This document shows positions 49,360 to 60,106 of a stretch of 64,000 nucleotides of DNA, one piece after another. A model generated the notes under the pieces. That model saw only the letters and a program-made list of their open reading frames with translations. It did not search any database and was not told the origin of the DNA. Position 1 is the stretch's first letter. Each line of letters opens with the position of its first letter. Source of the DNA: Neoechinorhynchus agilis (lineage: Eukaryota; Animalia; Acanthocephala). The DNA lies in the NCBI GenBank assembly GCA_051530055.1, contig CM121341.1, positions 18,020,784-18,084,783 on the forward strand. Reading direction: 5' to 3'. The translations under genes and the position numbers were made by a program.

Positions 49360-52300
49360 CTTACAAGCAAAGAGAAGCAGTCGTGCAAACAGAAACAAAT
49401 CAAAGAATAAATCCACGTCGTCACACGATCAACGTCGTAACACGATCTAACGTCGTAAACACTTGCAAACAATGCCGAGGCCAAAGCGCCCAACCACCAA
49501 GCTCGTTCCCTGCGACATGGACGATTTCCCTGTTACAACTCAAATATGTGTCTCAGCTACTTGGGCAGCACGCCGAAAATTTATTTGCGGTTTCTGTGTA
49601 GCCGTCTTGCTCAAACCTTGTTCTCCGGTTTCCCCCCTTCCCAATAAGTACTCAAACCCTAACCGCTCCCAAACCCCCAAACCCCAACCCCTTCCATCTT
49701 CAATGTCCCCACCCTAAACCTCTTCTTCTCCCTCGTTTCACCCTCTAAATCCTTTCCACCCACCCTTTGCTGTATCCGCCCTCCAAGACTCCTCTCCACA
49801 CCCTAATTCGACTTTTCATCAGCAACCTTCTCCACTCCTTAATTCCGTTCCTATCATCTCTCATACCCCTTTTCCCTCGTCAATGCAATCTAAGTCATAC
49901 TCTGCTCCATCATTAAAACCGAACCCCCCTTCCTCCTCGGCCTCATCTAAATCCTCCACTTCCTCTCTAGCACCCTTTTACTGCTAGAATAAACCATAAA
50001 CCCCTCCCATCGTTCTACGATTACGTTTCAACGTTAGCGCCATCAAAACCTACCACATTCTCTCCTGTATCCCGATTTTCTAGTAAAAAGCACACACCCC
50101 TACCATCCTTCAACGACTACGTTAAGCATCCCTCGCCTCGTAAATTAACTCCTCCTAAAACCCTCTCATCCTTGCCACCACTCATCTCTCATCTGCCTAA
50201 AACCACTATTCCGCACTCTACCAAATCTGGAAATTTTCGTTTCGCCCTTCAGAAGCGAAAAATACCTTGGACGCGCACACTACCTCACCTCTTACCACCA
50301 CCTCTTCAACACCCAATATCCTCTTCCCCCCGAGTTCATCCCGCATGCACAGTTCCAACCCCTATGGTCCCTACTCTCAAATCACCCCTTACTACAGTGT
50401 CCACCCACGAATCCCTTACCCCCGAACTACCCCATCGGCCAACTCCCATCCCTTCTCTCTGTGCGCAGCTTCAACCCTCTCCGCCAGTGTCCACCCCTCA
50501 TGTCCCTTCTAAACATCCCCTTCCAATAATCTTTTATTCTAACATCCGCAGCCTCCTACCCAAGCTGGATGAGCTCCATATAGTTGCCTCTTCTTGCAAC
50601 GCCGACATCCTTGTAATTAAGGAAACATGGCTCTAATCCCATAGCAAATTATCTGCCTTCCTTCCAAACTTTCAAACTTTTCACCTCACAAGGGACTTCC
50701 GAAACAGGGGAGGCATATCGATGTTCAAATGCGCCTCTCTTCCTTAACATTGCTCTTCACCCTACCTTTTCATCTCCGACGATCTTGAATGGCTTCACAT
50801 CCAACTTCATCTCCCCTCCTCAATGGCCAACGTGAGATCTCCATCGCTGGCCTCTATCGCCCTCCTTCCTCAAACATTCCCAACACACTTCAACCAATAG
50901 ACCACCTATTAACTGACCTACTTTCACTTTCCTCAGATCACTTCATCATATTGGGCGATTTTAACAAACTGCCGATCCCGCCCTCGCTCTCTCATCTCTC
51001 CCAACTCGGTACTTTCCCTACACGCTTCTCCTCCCGCCTTGATAAAATTTTCTCAAACATCAGGCAATATTCGTGCACTACCAAACTTCCCTCGATCGCC
51101 TCGTCTGACCATTGTTCCATCCTTCTCTCCCCCACATCACCTTAAAAACGTACCTTTTCCGAACCCTACGTTGTCTGGGATAAGCGTGATCATCATACCC
51201 ACGCCTTTGCTCCATGTGTCAATTCTCTTATCACGCAAAACCGCTCTACCATCTTTGGCACCGATCCCTCGATTACAATGGGCTCTTTGTTCAATCTAAT
51301 GGAATCTGCGATGAAGGCCTCCTTTACTCGCAAAACAATACGAATCTCGAACCGCGACCCTCCATGGTTCTCGCCTTTTCTAAAAGCCCTTAAAATCCAG
51401 GTCACCAAAGCTTTCCGGTCAGGTAATCCTGCTTACCCTTCCCTCCACTCCACACTGACAAAACGCATCCGTATAGCCCGCAAATTATTTTTCTCATCTC
51501 GTCTCTCGTCCGTTCCCAATCGAAACTGGTGGCGTTAAATAAAAAATGTCATTGGTCTTGGTAGATCCACCCACTTCGCATCTCCCCCCAAATCGGATCT
51601 CCTCTCAATCCTTAACTCCACGAATAAAAGCCTATGTCCTCCCCAAACCTCCCATCCATTGTCCTAATCTCCCTCCTCACTTTTTGACCCGCCCATTCAT
51701 ACATGCTCTTCCTTAGTTTCCTCTCTCGAAATCCTAGGGATCTTCCCTTAATTCGACTTTCCCAAATTGAGCCATTCGTCTCATCATCTCGGAACTTATT
51801 GATCCTCTAACGCACATAACGAACCTTAGCTTTCCACTGGGCTCTTTCCAATCGTGTCTTAAAGAAGCCCATGTCGTCCCCTACCCAAAAACGATAAGCC
51901 GATTTCCCCACATCCTTTCGTCCCATCCCTATCCTCTCACCTTTCTCTAAAATCTTAGAAAAATGTTTTAAACCCCGCCTACTTCCTTGTTCCTCACAAA
52001 CACCTCCCCTTCCCAATTCGCTTTCCGTCCCAATTACTCTTGTTCGGACGCCCTCCTCTGCATTTACGATACGCTTATGCGCAGCTTAGATTCCAGTCCA
52101 GCATCAACCGTCCGTCTCGTGCAACTGGGTATTTCCAGGGTGTTCCAGTCGGTCGATCACTCCCTTCTCCTCCAATCATGTGCTTCCTTTGGCCTTCCAA
52201 ATTGGCAATTCGCTTGGATTTCCTCTTTCCTCTCTAACCGCGAACAATATATCCAATGTGGAGCTTCATGTTCTTCCTCTCTGCCCTAATTTAAAGGTGT

Positions 52301-53245
52301 CCCCCAAGGCGCCGTACTTTCCCCTCTTCTCTTTGACATTTTTCTAAATGACCTCCATCCCCTCGCTCCCTCTACCAAATATTATCTTTATGCAGATGAC
52401 CTCACAGTCATTACCATCGCATCTCCCTTCTCTCTCCCTCTCTACAACCATGGACGAGATCAACCATCTCATTTATTCGCTCTCCACCCTAAAAATCTCC
52501 CTAAATTTATCCAAATCTTTTGAGCTTGTCCCCCCACATTTCTAAACGCAATCTTATCCCCGCGCCTCTCCCTCTCCCCATCCAACGCTCCTCTTCTCTC
52601 CGAATACTGGGCCTGACTTACCAAGAAAACCTTAAATGGGCTGCTCACATTTCATTACACTCTCTAAAGCAAATCCTCGTCTTTACCTGCTCAAACTCCT
52701 CCGGCGTCTCGGCGTAGCCCCTAAACACCTTGCCCACTTTTATCTTTCTGCCATCCTTCCTATCCTTACATACGCTTTCCCCACTTTCCTCGCCCTCTCC
52801 GTCAATGCTCTCCATTCCCTCGAGACCTTCCACAAGAGAGAAATGAGAATATGCGGGACTTCACTCCCTCCCCTCGACGCCCACCTCCACTCCATTTTCT
52901 CCAAAACACCCTCCGTCTTCTTCAACCTCCTCCACAATTTTCTTCTTTCATCTCTAAATACTCTTCCTTCGTAAACACTCGTAACCCCAACCTTTTTCAT
53001 CCCCCCTCGCTCGTACCACCCTCTACCAAAAATCTTTCTTCCCCCAAACCAATCTTTCCTTAATAACCGGAGAACAAGGAAAGACTCCTAATCTGTCATC
53101 TCCTTTATAAAGCCTCCGATCGCACATTAAAACTCCTTCAAAGACAAGTCCCACCTCCCTTGCCTTCAACATCCGTCATCCAGACACCGTTTAGCAACGA
53201 TAGATGCTGGCAAGTGTGTGGATCCTGCATTTTTTACATAAATAA
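49360..53245 (+). mobile_element. Near full-length, decayed CR1/L2-group LINE with a very G-poor sense strand
   Basis: APE motifs YSNIRSL, DILVIKETWL, GLYRPP, IILGDFN, LDKIFSN and SSDHCSIL. RT motifs QFAFRP, GVPQGAVLSPLLF and YADDLTV, then LGLTYQENLKW. AATAAA near 53240. Confidence 0.9.
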
Positions 53246-54239
53246 AACGTGTTTATATAACCCTTACAGACGAGTCTATCCATTTCTTTAACAGATAAGC
53301 ATCAATATATGAATGCATTCTGCTTGTATATAATTGTGGAGTGATAGGTAGGGAGTTAACATAATTTTATATTTATCTTCCCATTTTTTGAAAGCGCTTA
53401 AGTATTTGGAATTAAAATCCCTCAAAATGAGGTCTGGTACCCAACCCATCAGCCATTGTTCCTTATCTTTTAAAAATTATCCTACTTTTCTGGGAGGTAT
53501 GTAAATATATCATAACATTATTCTCTCATCATTTTTCGTTATAAAATTATCGATGCTGATTATTTGTATCGCTAGGTTTTCATCTTTATTTTGGTATAAA
53601 AGTTTTGGACGAAGGTATTCTCTAACCAGAGTATGCTACCCACCTGAGAATCCAATATGCCTTATTGTGGGATGAGAATATGTGGGATTTAATAAGAAAG
53701 TGGTCACTTGTGATAATGTTAAAGTGACACGTAGTTCTGTTTCCTGGAGCCAAACAATATCTGCTTCGGCCACTTTCCCTGCCAGTATCACCTCCTTCGA
53801 GATATAACTGGTTTTCGACGTGTTATAAGTAATTTCAAAGCTATGTTTGTTTTCTATCATAATTCATTATTTGGGACACCCATCCCTTCACCATAAAAAT
53901 GTTGATTTCCTGGGCGTTCCTTAGGACAATGCCTTATTTCTATCTCTTCCTCGGTATCCATCCTACAATCATCCTCTATCTTATGGTCATGTGATTTTTT
54001 AAACTGTTCAATTATTTTATCTTTTTCTTCAATTTCTAGAGTAAGGGTTCTAACCGATTCTTGTAATAATTTCACCTGTTGAACAAGCTCTTTAATTATA
54101 TTTTCTTGCGAGTTTCAATTTGCGTATCCCTGATGTGGGTACGTATGGGTAGGGAAACTCCTATTAATCAATTCATTTCTCCCTTGATTTGCCTTTTTCT
54201 CACACGCTTGCCCCCAGCAATTTTCAGTTTTCAAAAAAG

Positions 54240-54510
54240 AGCCCTGGAGGCTCAGCGGTCGTAGCTGAGGTCCGAAAACGTACAAAATACAGAGAGCTTT
54301 TAAGGACCTATTATTTCGTCCCTTTCGCCGTGGAAACGTATGGAGCCTTGGGACCGTCAGCGCTCACTCTCCTCGACGAATTGGGACGAAGGACGAAAAG
54401 GATGACGGGGGAATTGCGCTCTAGAAATTTCCCCGCTCAACGAATCGCAATTGCGATATAGCGAAGGAACGCTGCCAGTATACTGGCAACGTCAAGAAGT
54501 TCACAGGAAT
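54240..54510 (+). mobile_element. CRE-like 3' fragment (same subfamily as 2225-2774)
   Basis: AEVRKRTKYRELLRTYYFVPFAVETYGALGPSALTLLDELGRR...TGE...QRIAIAI*RRNAASIL. Confidence 0.8.
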
Positions 54511-54549
54511 AAATTGCAATCGTTGTAAAAAAAATGAAACTGCTCATCA

Positions 54550-54806
54550 TTGTTGTGTAGTGACGACAAAATTTTGTAAATTTATTAAATCGATATTTCG
54601 GCTCAATCCAGAGCCTTTATCAAGATTGTTAAAGTAGCGAGAAATAATAAAGTTATGTAGCTCTTTCGCAATTAAGGTTCGTTACTGCGAAAAAGCTACA
54701 TAACTTTATTATTTATCACTACTTTGACAATCTTGATAAAGGCTCTGGATTGAGCCGAAATATCGATTTAATAAATTTACAAAATTTTGTCACCACTACA
54801 CAACAA
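54550..54806. mobile_element. Near-perfect 257-bp palindrome (family B) with a UUGAUAA hammerhead variant in each arm
   Basis: 54550-54670 pairs with 54686-54806. The right arm reads AATC-TTGATAA(54733-54739)-A-GGCTC-tggatt-GAGCC-GAAA(54757-54760)-TA-TC-GATT. Confidence 0.8.
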
Positions 54807-55734
54807 ATATATTATTGCCTCTGGACAGAAACGCCGGAACTACTCGTGTATCCCTCCGCAATTACAGCATAATTTTTGGTCCCTTCTATTACACTGTGAT
54901 GTTAAATGAGATTCGGCACATATTTCGCACTTAATTTTATTTTTGCATTGGGTATAAATATGACCCCACTGGAAACATTTGGAACATTGTGTTGGAATGA
55001 AGTCATCTATTGTTCTATCTTTTGGGAATGAAAACTTTATTAAATGAGCCATAAACCCTCCGGATGTTCCTTTTAATATATCTATCATATTCTGTGTTCC
55101 TTGCACGAGGAGTGCGTAAGGTGGCTTGTCCGGATTTTGATGCAGATATTTAATTGGTTTTAGGTCAAAAATACCTTCAAACCCTTTAAAATCTTCCTGT
55201 TGCATATTTTATTGCACGTTGAAAAACAATAAAGTAAATTTCCTTTAAATATCATTGAATTCGACGGAATTTTCCTTTAACATTTTCGAAAACAGCTTTA
55301 ACCCTTCGTAGCTTACAAAGGATACCAAGAACGCTCATTTTGTGGCAAAACTTTTTGGATTTGATAGTCTCTGGCATTTTCTAGTTTATTTGGCGATCGA
55401 TATCTTGTGAAGTAATTTTTTTATAACTTGGCCTACAGAAATACTACCCAGGTTTTCTTTTTTAATTCGTATAATATAATCCTCTTTGGGTCTAGGCAAT
55501 CTCGGGTTAAAGTTCTTGTTTAAGTGTTCTAAGTGGCGGCAGACAACCCATTACTCAAAACCACTAGGTTTCGGGGATCAACTTGAACTTTCTATACGAC
55601 GCAATTTGCTTTTTTGGGAGGCTCTGGTGGCTGTGAATCTTGTGATTTGTGTTTTCGCCTCGCTTGACACATTGCTGCGCGCTATACACGTTACAATCGA
55701 AAACTGATGCAAAAAATTTATTTATTGCCATCGG

Positions 55735-55906
55735 CGATATGCGATCCAGCAGCTTCCTGTTGCAGCGAATCAGCGCGGCGATCCAACGCGGCAACGCCGC
55801 GGCCATCAAGGAAGCTGCCGAACAAACATAACATCTCTAAAGAAATGTAATCGAATAACTTTAATAATCATGCCTTTTTATTTATTTATTTATTTATTTA
55901 TTTATT
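55735..55906 (+). mobile_element. Short CRE-like 3' end followed by a (TATT)n tail
   Basis: [25 protein letters not shown]. 55761-55834 equals 14811-14884 with one mismatch. TATT repeats lie at about 55879-55906. Confidence 0.8.
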
Positions 55907-56344
55907 AAGCCGCCTCGTACATTCACAATTAAGTAAGAAATTTGTTCATTAAAATCCTGTTCCTATTCGTTCTTGTATATTCACATCTGGCTGATTTCAA
56001 CTTTGGCTGAATGTTGGATTGATCAGATCCCTCAGCCTCTGTTTATCAGCCATTGTTTTTAAATTCCTGTGCTTATTATATATTTTTTATAATCTTTTTC
56101 CTCTATTCCATTCAATAAACATCTAAATATCACCATCTCTCCATTTGTGAGTTTTGTTAATCGGAAAATCTGTTCGTTTTGCCAATTCTTGGATGGGTCC
56201 TCACCGTATTGAAATCTAAAAGCAAGAAACCCAACGCTCACATACTTACAATTTCTAAGTGCAGGATTATAAAACCACATTTTTGTATGCAAAAAAGCAT
56301 GTTGCCGTTTCAGTGTATTTAGCAAATAAAAAGTCAACAATTTA

Positions 56345-57226
56345 TTAAATAAAAATTACACCACTTTCATTTCCCGTGAGTATTTTATTTTCATTGAACG
56401 ATATTGAATTTTCCGATTTTAAGGGACACAAAGCAATTTTCGCGCCTTGTTCGTTATTACGACCGTTTACGTTTATGCGATTGAACTTGATTTCACATTT
56501 TCTCTTTTTATCGGTTTGTGCGAGCTCATTAAAATAATTGTGTCGACGAATATAAGGAACATAATGTTTTTGGTAAATGGGATTGCAAAACCAGACAAGG
56601 TTGTCTGTAAATATCGATTTAGAATCGTAGGGAACATTTATATATTCCGGCTTCGGGTTTATTTCACTTTCGACTTGATCAAAAAAAGCGCGAGACGATG
56701 ATTTTAAGATTTTTTGCAGTTCATTAGAATTTTTACTAAGAGCTTCTGAATTGTCGGAGGTTCTTGCGTCATTGAAATACATAGTCTTTATGGCAGCAAA
56801 ACTACAAGATCCAACGATTAAAAATGCAATGGCCATAAATATGAAAACGAAGAAGAGAACCGTTATCTTCCTTACTTTTAATTCAAGTTGCCTACGTAGC
56901 GCTTGCGTTTCTTGAACAATTGAAGAACTCCGGATTTCCATTTTTAGGTTATTGCCCTCTTCTTTGTCTAAGTCGTTTACAATGTACCGTTTATTCACGC
57001 CTTCATCAATATAATCAATAGAAATCAATACAAGATCTTCGTGTAGGGATTTTTCTTTGTTATTCTTATCGAAAATTCGGGCGATTAAATTGTAGTAGTT
57101 CTTGATTTCTTGATTGGACCAAGTGGTTTTATTTATAAAAATCTCCGTATTGTTTCGCTTCAATGGTGTAGAAGTGATTGAATGGAAAACCAGAAGAATT
57201 AAAATGATAATTCTTAAACGATTCAT
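56345..57226 (-). CDS. Orphan type I membrane protein (signal peptide plus one TM)
   Basis: 293-aa ORF with signal MNRLRIIILILLVFHSITS and TM ITVLFFVFIFMAIAFLIVGSCSFAAI. No family recognised. Confidence 0.5.
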   Translation of the reverse strand: MNRLRIIILILLVFHSITSTPLKRNNTEIFINKTTWSNQEIKNYYNLIARIFDKNNKEKSLHEDLVLISIDYIDEGVNKRYIVNDLDKEEGNNLKMEIRSSSIVQETQALRRQLELKVRKITVLFFVFIFMAIAFLIVGSCSFAAIKTMYFNDARTSDNSEALSKNSNELQKILKSSSRAFFDQVESEINPKPEYINVPYDSKSIFTDNLVWFCNPIYQKHYVPYIRRHNYFNELAQTDKKRKCEIKFNRINVNGRNNEQGAKIALCPLKSENSISFNENKILTGNESGVIFI

Positions 57227-57659
57227 TTGGAACAGTTATCGGAATATTTTTGCTGTGTACAATATCGTTTTTGCACTGGTTTCCTTTATATGCTATGATT
57301 TTCCAGTATTTCAAGGTATGTCTTCGATTTCACACATTCCGATTTATCGACTGCTGTAAATGTGACGCCTTTAGAAGCATGAATATTTGACTATAGAATT
57401 TACCTTATAAATTGTGTGAACCACGAAACAGGTATATAAAAGTTGTTAAAGCTGTTCTGTCGTTTAGAAATTATCGTTATTAAAATTTGGGTTATAATCG
57501 AAGTAGATTCGAAGAGTTGAGTTATATTCAACTTTTAAATGTTTGTTTTATGCAAATTTTTAAGAATAAAATAGATCCAGCAACACTAGATAAACTGTCG
57601 GCTACGTCTCTTAATCTTGCGAATTTACTTTTGATATTGCAATGCAAACTTCGTTAAAT

Positions 57660-58148
57660 TTATTTATATATCATCTTCATTTTCTCTTCCAATTTACGCA
57701 TTCTCTCCACAGTACTTCTTATTCTTGCTCTTAAGTATGGAACTTTTTTGTCTGAATTCTCACCAAGTTTTTCCTTCCAATAGTCTACCTTAGTTTTCAT
57801 TTTCTTTAAATCAGATTTTAAATCCTCGAATCTATTCTGATATTCAACAGATTTTCCTTCCCATTCTTCAATAATAGTGTCAACGGCCGCCATTTCAATA
57901 TCAAACTGTTGAATGTTTCCACTTATTTCGTCTATTTCACTCTGAAGATTATCCTTATCTATCTTATTTGTCTCATTTTCGACTTCAATTCTCTTTATTT
58001 TGTCGTTTACGTCTAGTACTTTAAGACATTCTTCACAACACGCAGTCAATGCATCCTGCAAGGAATTTATTGCTTCTTGAATGTTCCAACGGTCATTTGA
58101 TTCCCCAAAATGATTCTTACCAAGATTTTTCTGTTTGCTAAACTTCAT
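57660..58148 (-). CDS. Coiled-coil protein or exon of unknown identity
   Basis: 162-aa E/K/I/L-rich ORF with heptad character (INSLQDALTACCEECLKVLDV...MRKLEEKMK). Confidence 0.5.
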   Translation of the reverse strand: MKFSKQKNLGKNHFGESNDRWNIQEAINSLQDALTACCEECLKVLDVNDKIKRIEVENETNKIDKDNLQSEIDEISGNIQQFDIEMAAVDTIIEEWEGKSVEYQNRFEDLKSDLKKMKTKVDYWKEKLGENSDKKVPYLRARIRSTVERMRKLEEKMKMIYK

Positions 58149-58167
58149 CTATAACCATTATTGAAAG

Positions 58168-58350
58168 TGTCGATATGTGAGGTACCGAGGAATGCGATTA
58201 GAATTATTGTTTTGGTTTACACCCGGTAAATGAGAGCGAAATAATTACGCATCCACTTGTATTTTAGAACTGATGATGAACCCGGCGAGGTTCGAAACGT
58301 CTTCAATAAATACTCATTTACCGGGTGTAGACCAAAACAATAATTCTAAT
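58168..58350 (+). mobile_element. 183-bp family A non-autonomous PLE derivative with intact minimal hammerhead and 12-bp target-site duplication
   Basis: CATTATTGAAAG at 58156-58167 and 58351-58362. Inverted arms at about 58197-58233 and 58314-58350. GAA-CTGATGA(58270-58276)-TGAACC-cggcga-GGTTC-GAAAC-GTC(58299-58301)-TTC. Confidence 0.85.
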
Positions 58351-58524
58351 CATTATTGAAAGATTTCGGTAACGCGACTCATTAATAAAGATCTTATCGC
58401 GGTGCTCGATAGCGCCGGTTGTTAATATACCTATTTAGGATAAGAAGCATTAAAAATAGCCAATGCACTAAAACGTGTAGAATTAATTCTAAAAACAACA
58501 AAATTTCTTTGAATTATTCTCTTA

Positions 58525-58768
58525 CTTGAGAGGTCGTTCTTTTCAGCATTGTCGGTTTTCGTTTTTGTTCTTCTCCTTTCCCTGCGCCTTAAAATCACCG
58601 CTCACACTGTCCTCCCACCTCTTCTTGGGCCTCCCTCTTCTCCTTTTCCCCTCGAGCTAGATTCTCCATGCGCTCTTTATCCAGGCGTCTTCATCTGCTT
58701 GTGTCACCCCCAGGTACCATCGCATCCGCCTCTTAGCGATTGCCTCCTCGATCGGTTCGACATGTAGA
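58525..58768 (-). mobile_element. RTE-clade LINE 3' fragment
   Basis: Minus frame IAKRRMRWYLGV...GKRRRGRPKKRWEDSVSGD matches the RTE C-terminal RRLRW.GHV...G.R.RGRP..RW.D motif. Confidence 0.7.
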
Positions 58769-59709
58769 ATTAATTCTACAATGCGCAATAGTTGTAAAAT
58801 GAAGAAACCATCGATCATTTTAAAGACAAAACTACAATAGAATAAAACCGGGGCGCTTGGTCACTAGATGCGAAAATTTGTTTTAAATTTCAATTCCTAA
58901 AATTTATCAATGTAGATAGTAGGTAGATTTAGTGAAAAAATTATGGTTTTAAAACGCGCCATCGCGCCTTTGTTCGCATGACCACGTTGACAGTTAGTCG
59001 TCATCGAGGACACAAAACCTAGTGCATTTCCTTCGAAATCACCCATTAAGCATGGGGCCCTGTGGAGAGGGAACGCTTTCATATCAAAGTAGGTATTTAT
59101 TCTTCCATCATTATACCGCAAATCCACTACCCGGCTCATATAGCGACTAATAACTTTTTTGGTCTAATTTTAATCAACTAGTAAGTTAATTGATTTTATC
59201 GCTTTAATGCAAATTGAATTTTTTAGAATTATTATTGTTTGCAATGGTTGCTTTCCCTTTCCTGTTTTACCTTAGGTTTAGAATTTTAGGAGATCGAATG
59301 CGTTTAGCTATATCGTTCGATGCTCAAATTCTTAACATTTGTAACTTCCATCATTACCGACTTGGGTTTAGCAAGTGCACTTTAAATGCTGTAAAATACT
59401 AAACGCGATTTTTAATCAAAGATCGCTAAAATATCTAAACAATCTCGGTTCTTTAAAAAATCAAACTCTTACCGGTTCAAATCATAGTCATTCTTATGAG
59501 ATCTTAAGATTTCTTCAACCCTTTAATTTAAAAAAATGGTTGACCTTTCAGAAACTATTAACAGTTAAGCCTTTTCATGAATCGTCCATGTTGCAATTGA
59601 GGTTGTTCTGATTTTATTTGACAAATAGCATCAATTTAACGCTTTTTAACAGCGTTATAAATTCTCTGCTTTCAAATAAAATACAGCACGTAAGATTCAT
59701 GTATTTTTA

Positions 59710-59884
59710 GCCGCACCCGAAGGGCCAGGGCCAACCCACTTTTGGGGCCGATGGGTGATCTCAAACCTGACACGCCCACCCTTCCAGCAGCCTCGCACAC
59801 CTGTGGAACCCAGCGACCGTTAACGTTGAACCATCGACATATCGAGCGCATTATGAACGCGCACACCACACGGCCACTGGGCCC
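59710..59884 (-). mobile_element. 175-bp GC-rich tRNA-headed SINE-like insert with 13-bp flanking direct repeat
   Basis: TCATGTATTTTTA at 59697-59709 and 59885-59897. The minus strand starts GGGCCCAGTGGCCGTGTGG (A-box-like) and later has GGTTCAAC (B-box-like). Confidence 0.7.
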
Positions 59885-60106
59885 TCATGTATTTTTATTG
59901 GGCGAACAGTGCAATTTGTCTTGCATGTTTTAATTCTGTTTGCTGTAAACGTAGTTTTTTTTCAGTATTTTGCATTCAATGTTTAATTTTTTATTGACTT
60001 CGATAAATATTTAAATTTTTGATTTAAATAATTTAAAAGGCAGCAATTTTTATTCGGCGCTAAAAATATATACACAAAAAATAATTTAAAATATCTGCTG
60101 TTTACA

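Larger units (their letters stand above)
53260..55500 (-). mobile_element. 5' half of the split LINE: gag-like ORF1 with three Zn knuckles plus APE N-terminus, itself interrupted at 54240-54806
   Basis: CSKCFQWGHIYTQC-CEICAESHLTSQC-CCNCGGIH (54840-55205); ITYN and ADIVWLQETE (53636-53860); DLILRDFN and SYIDAYL (about 53280-53440). Confidence 0.75.
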
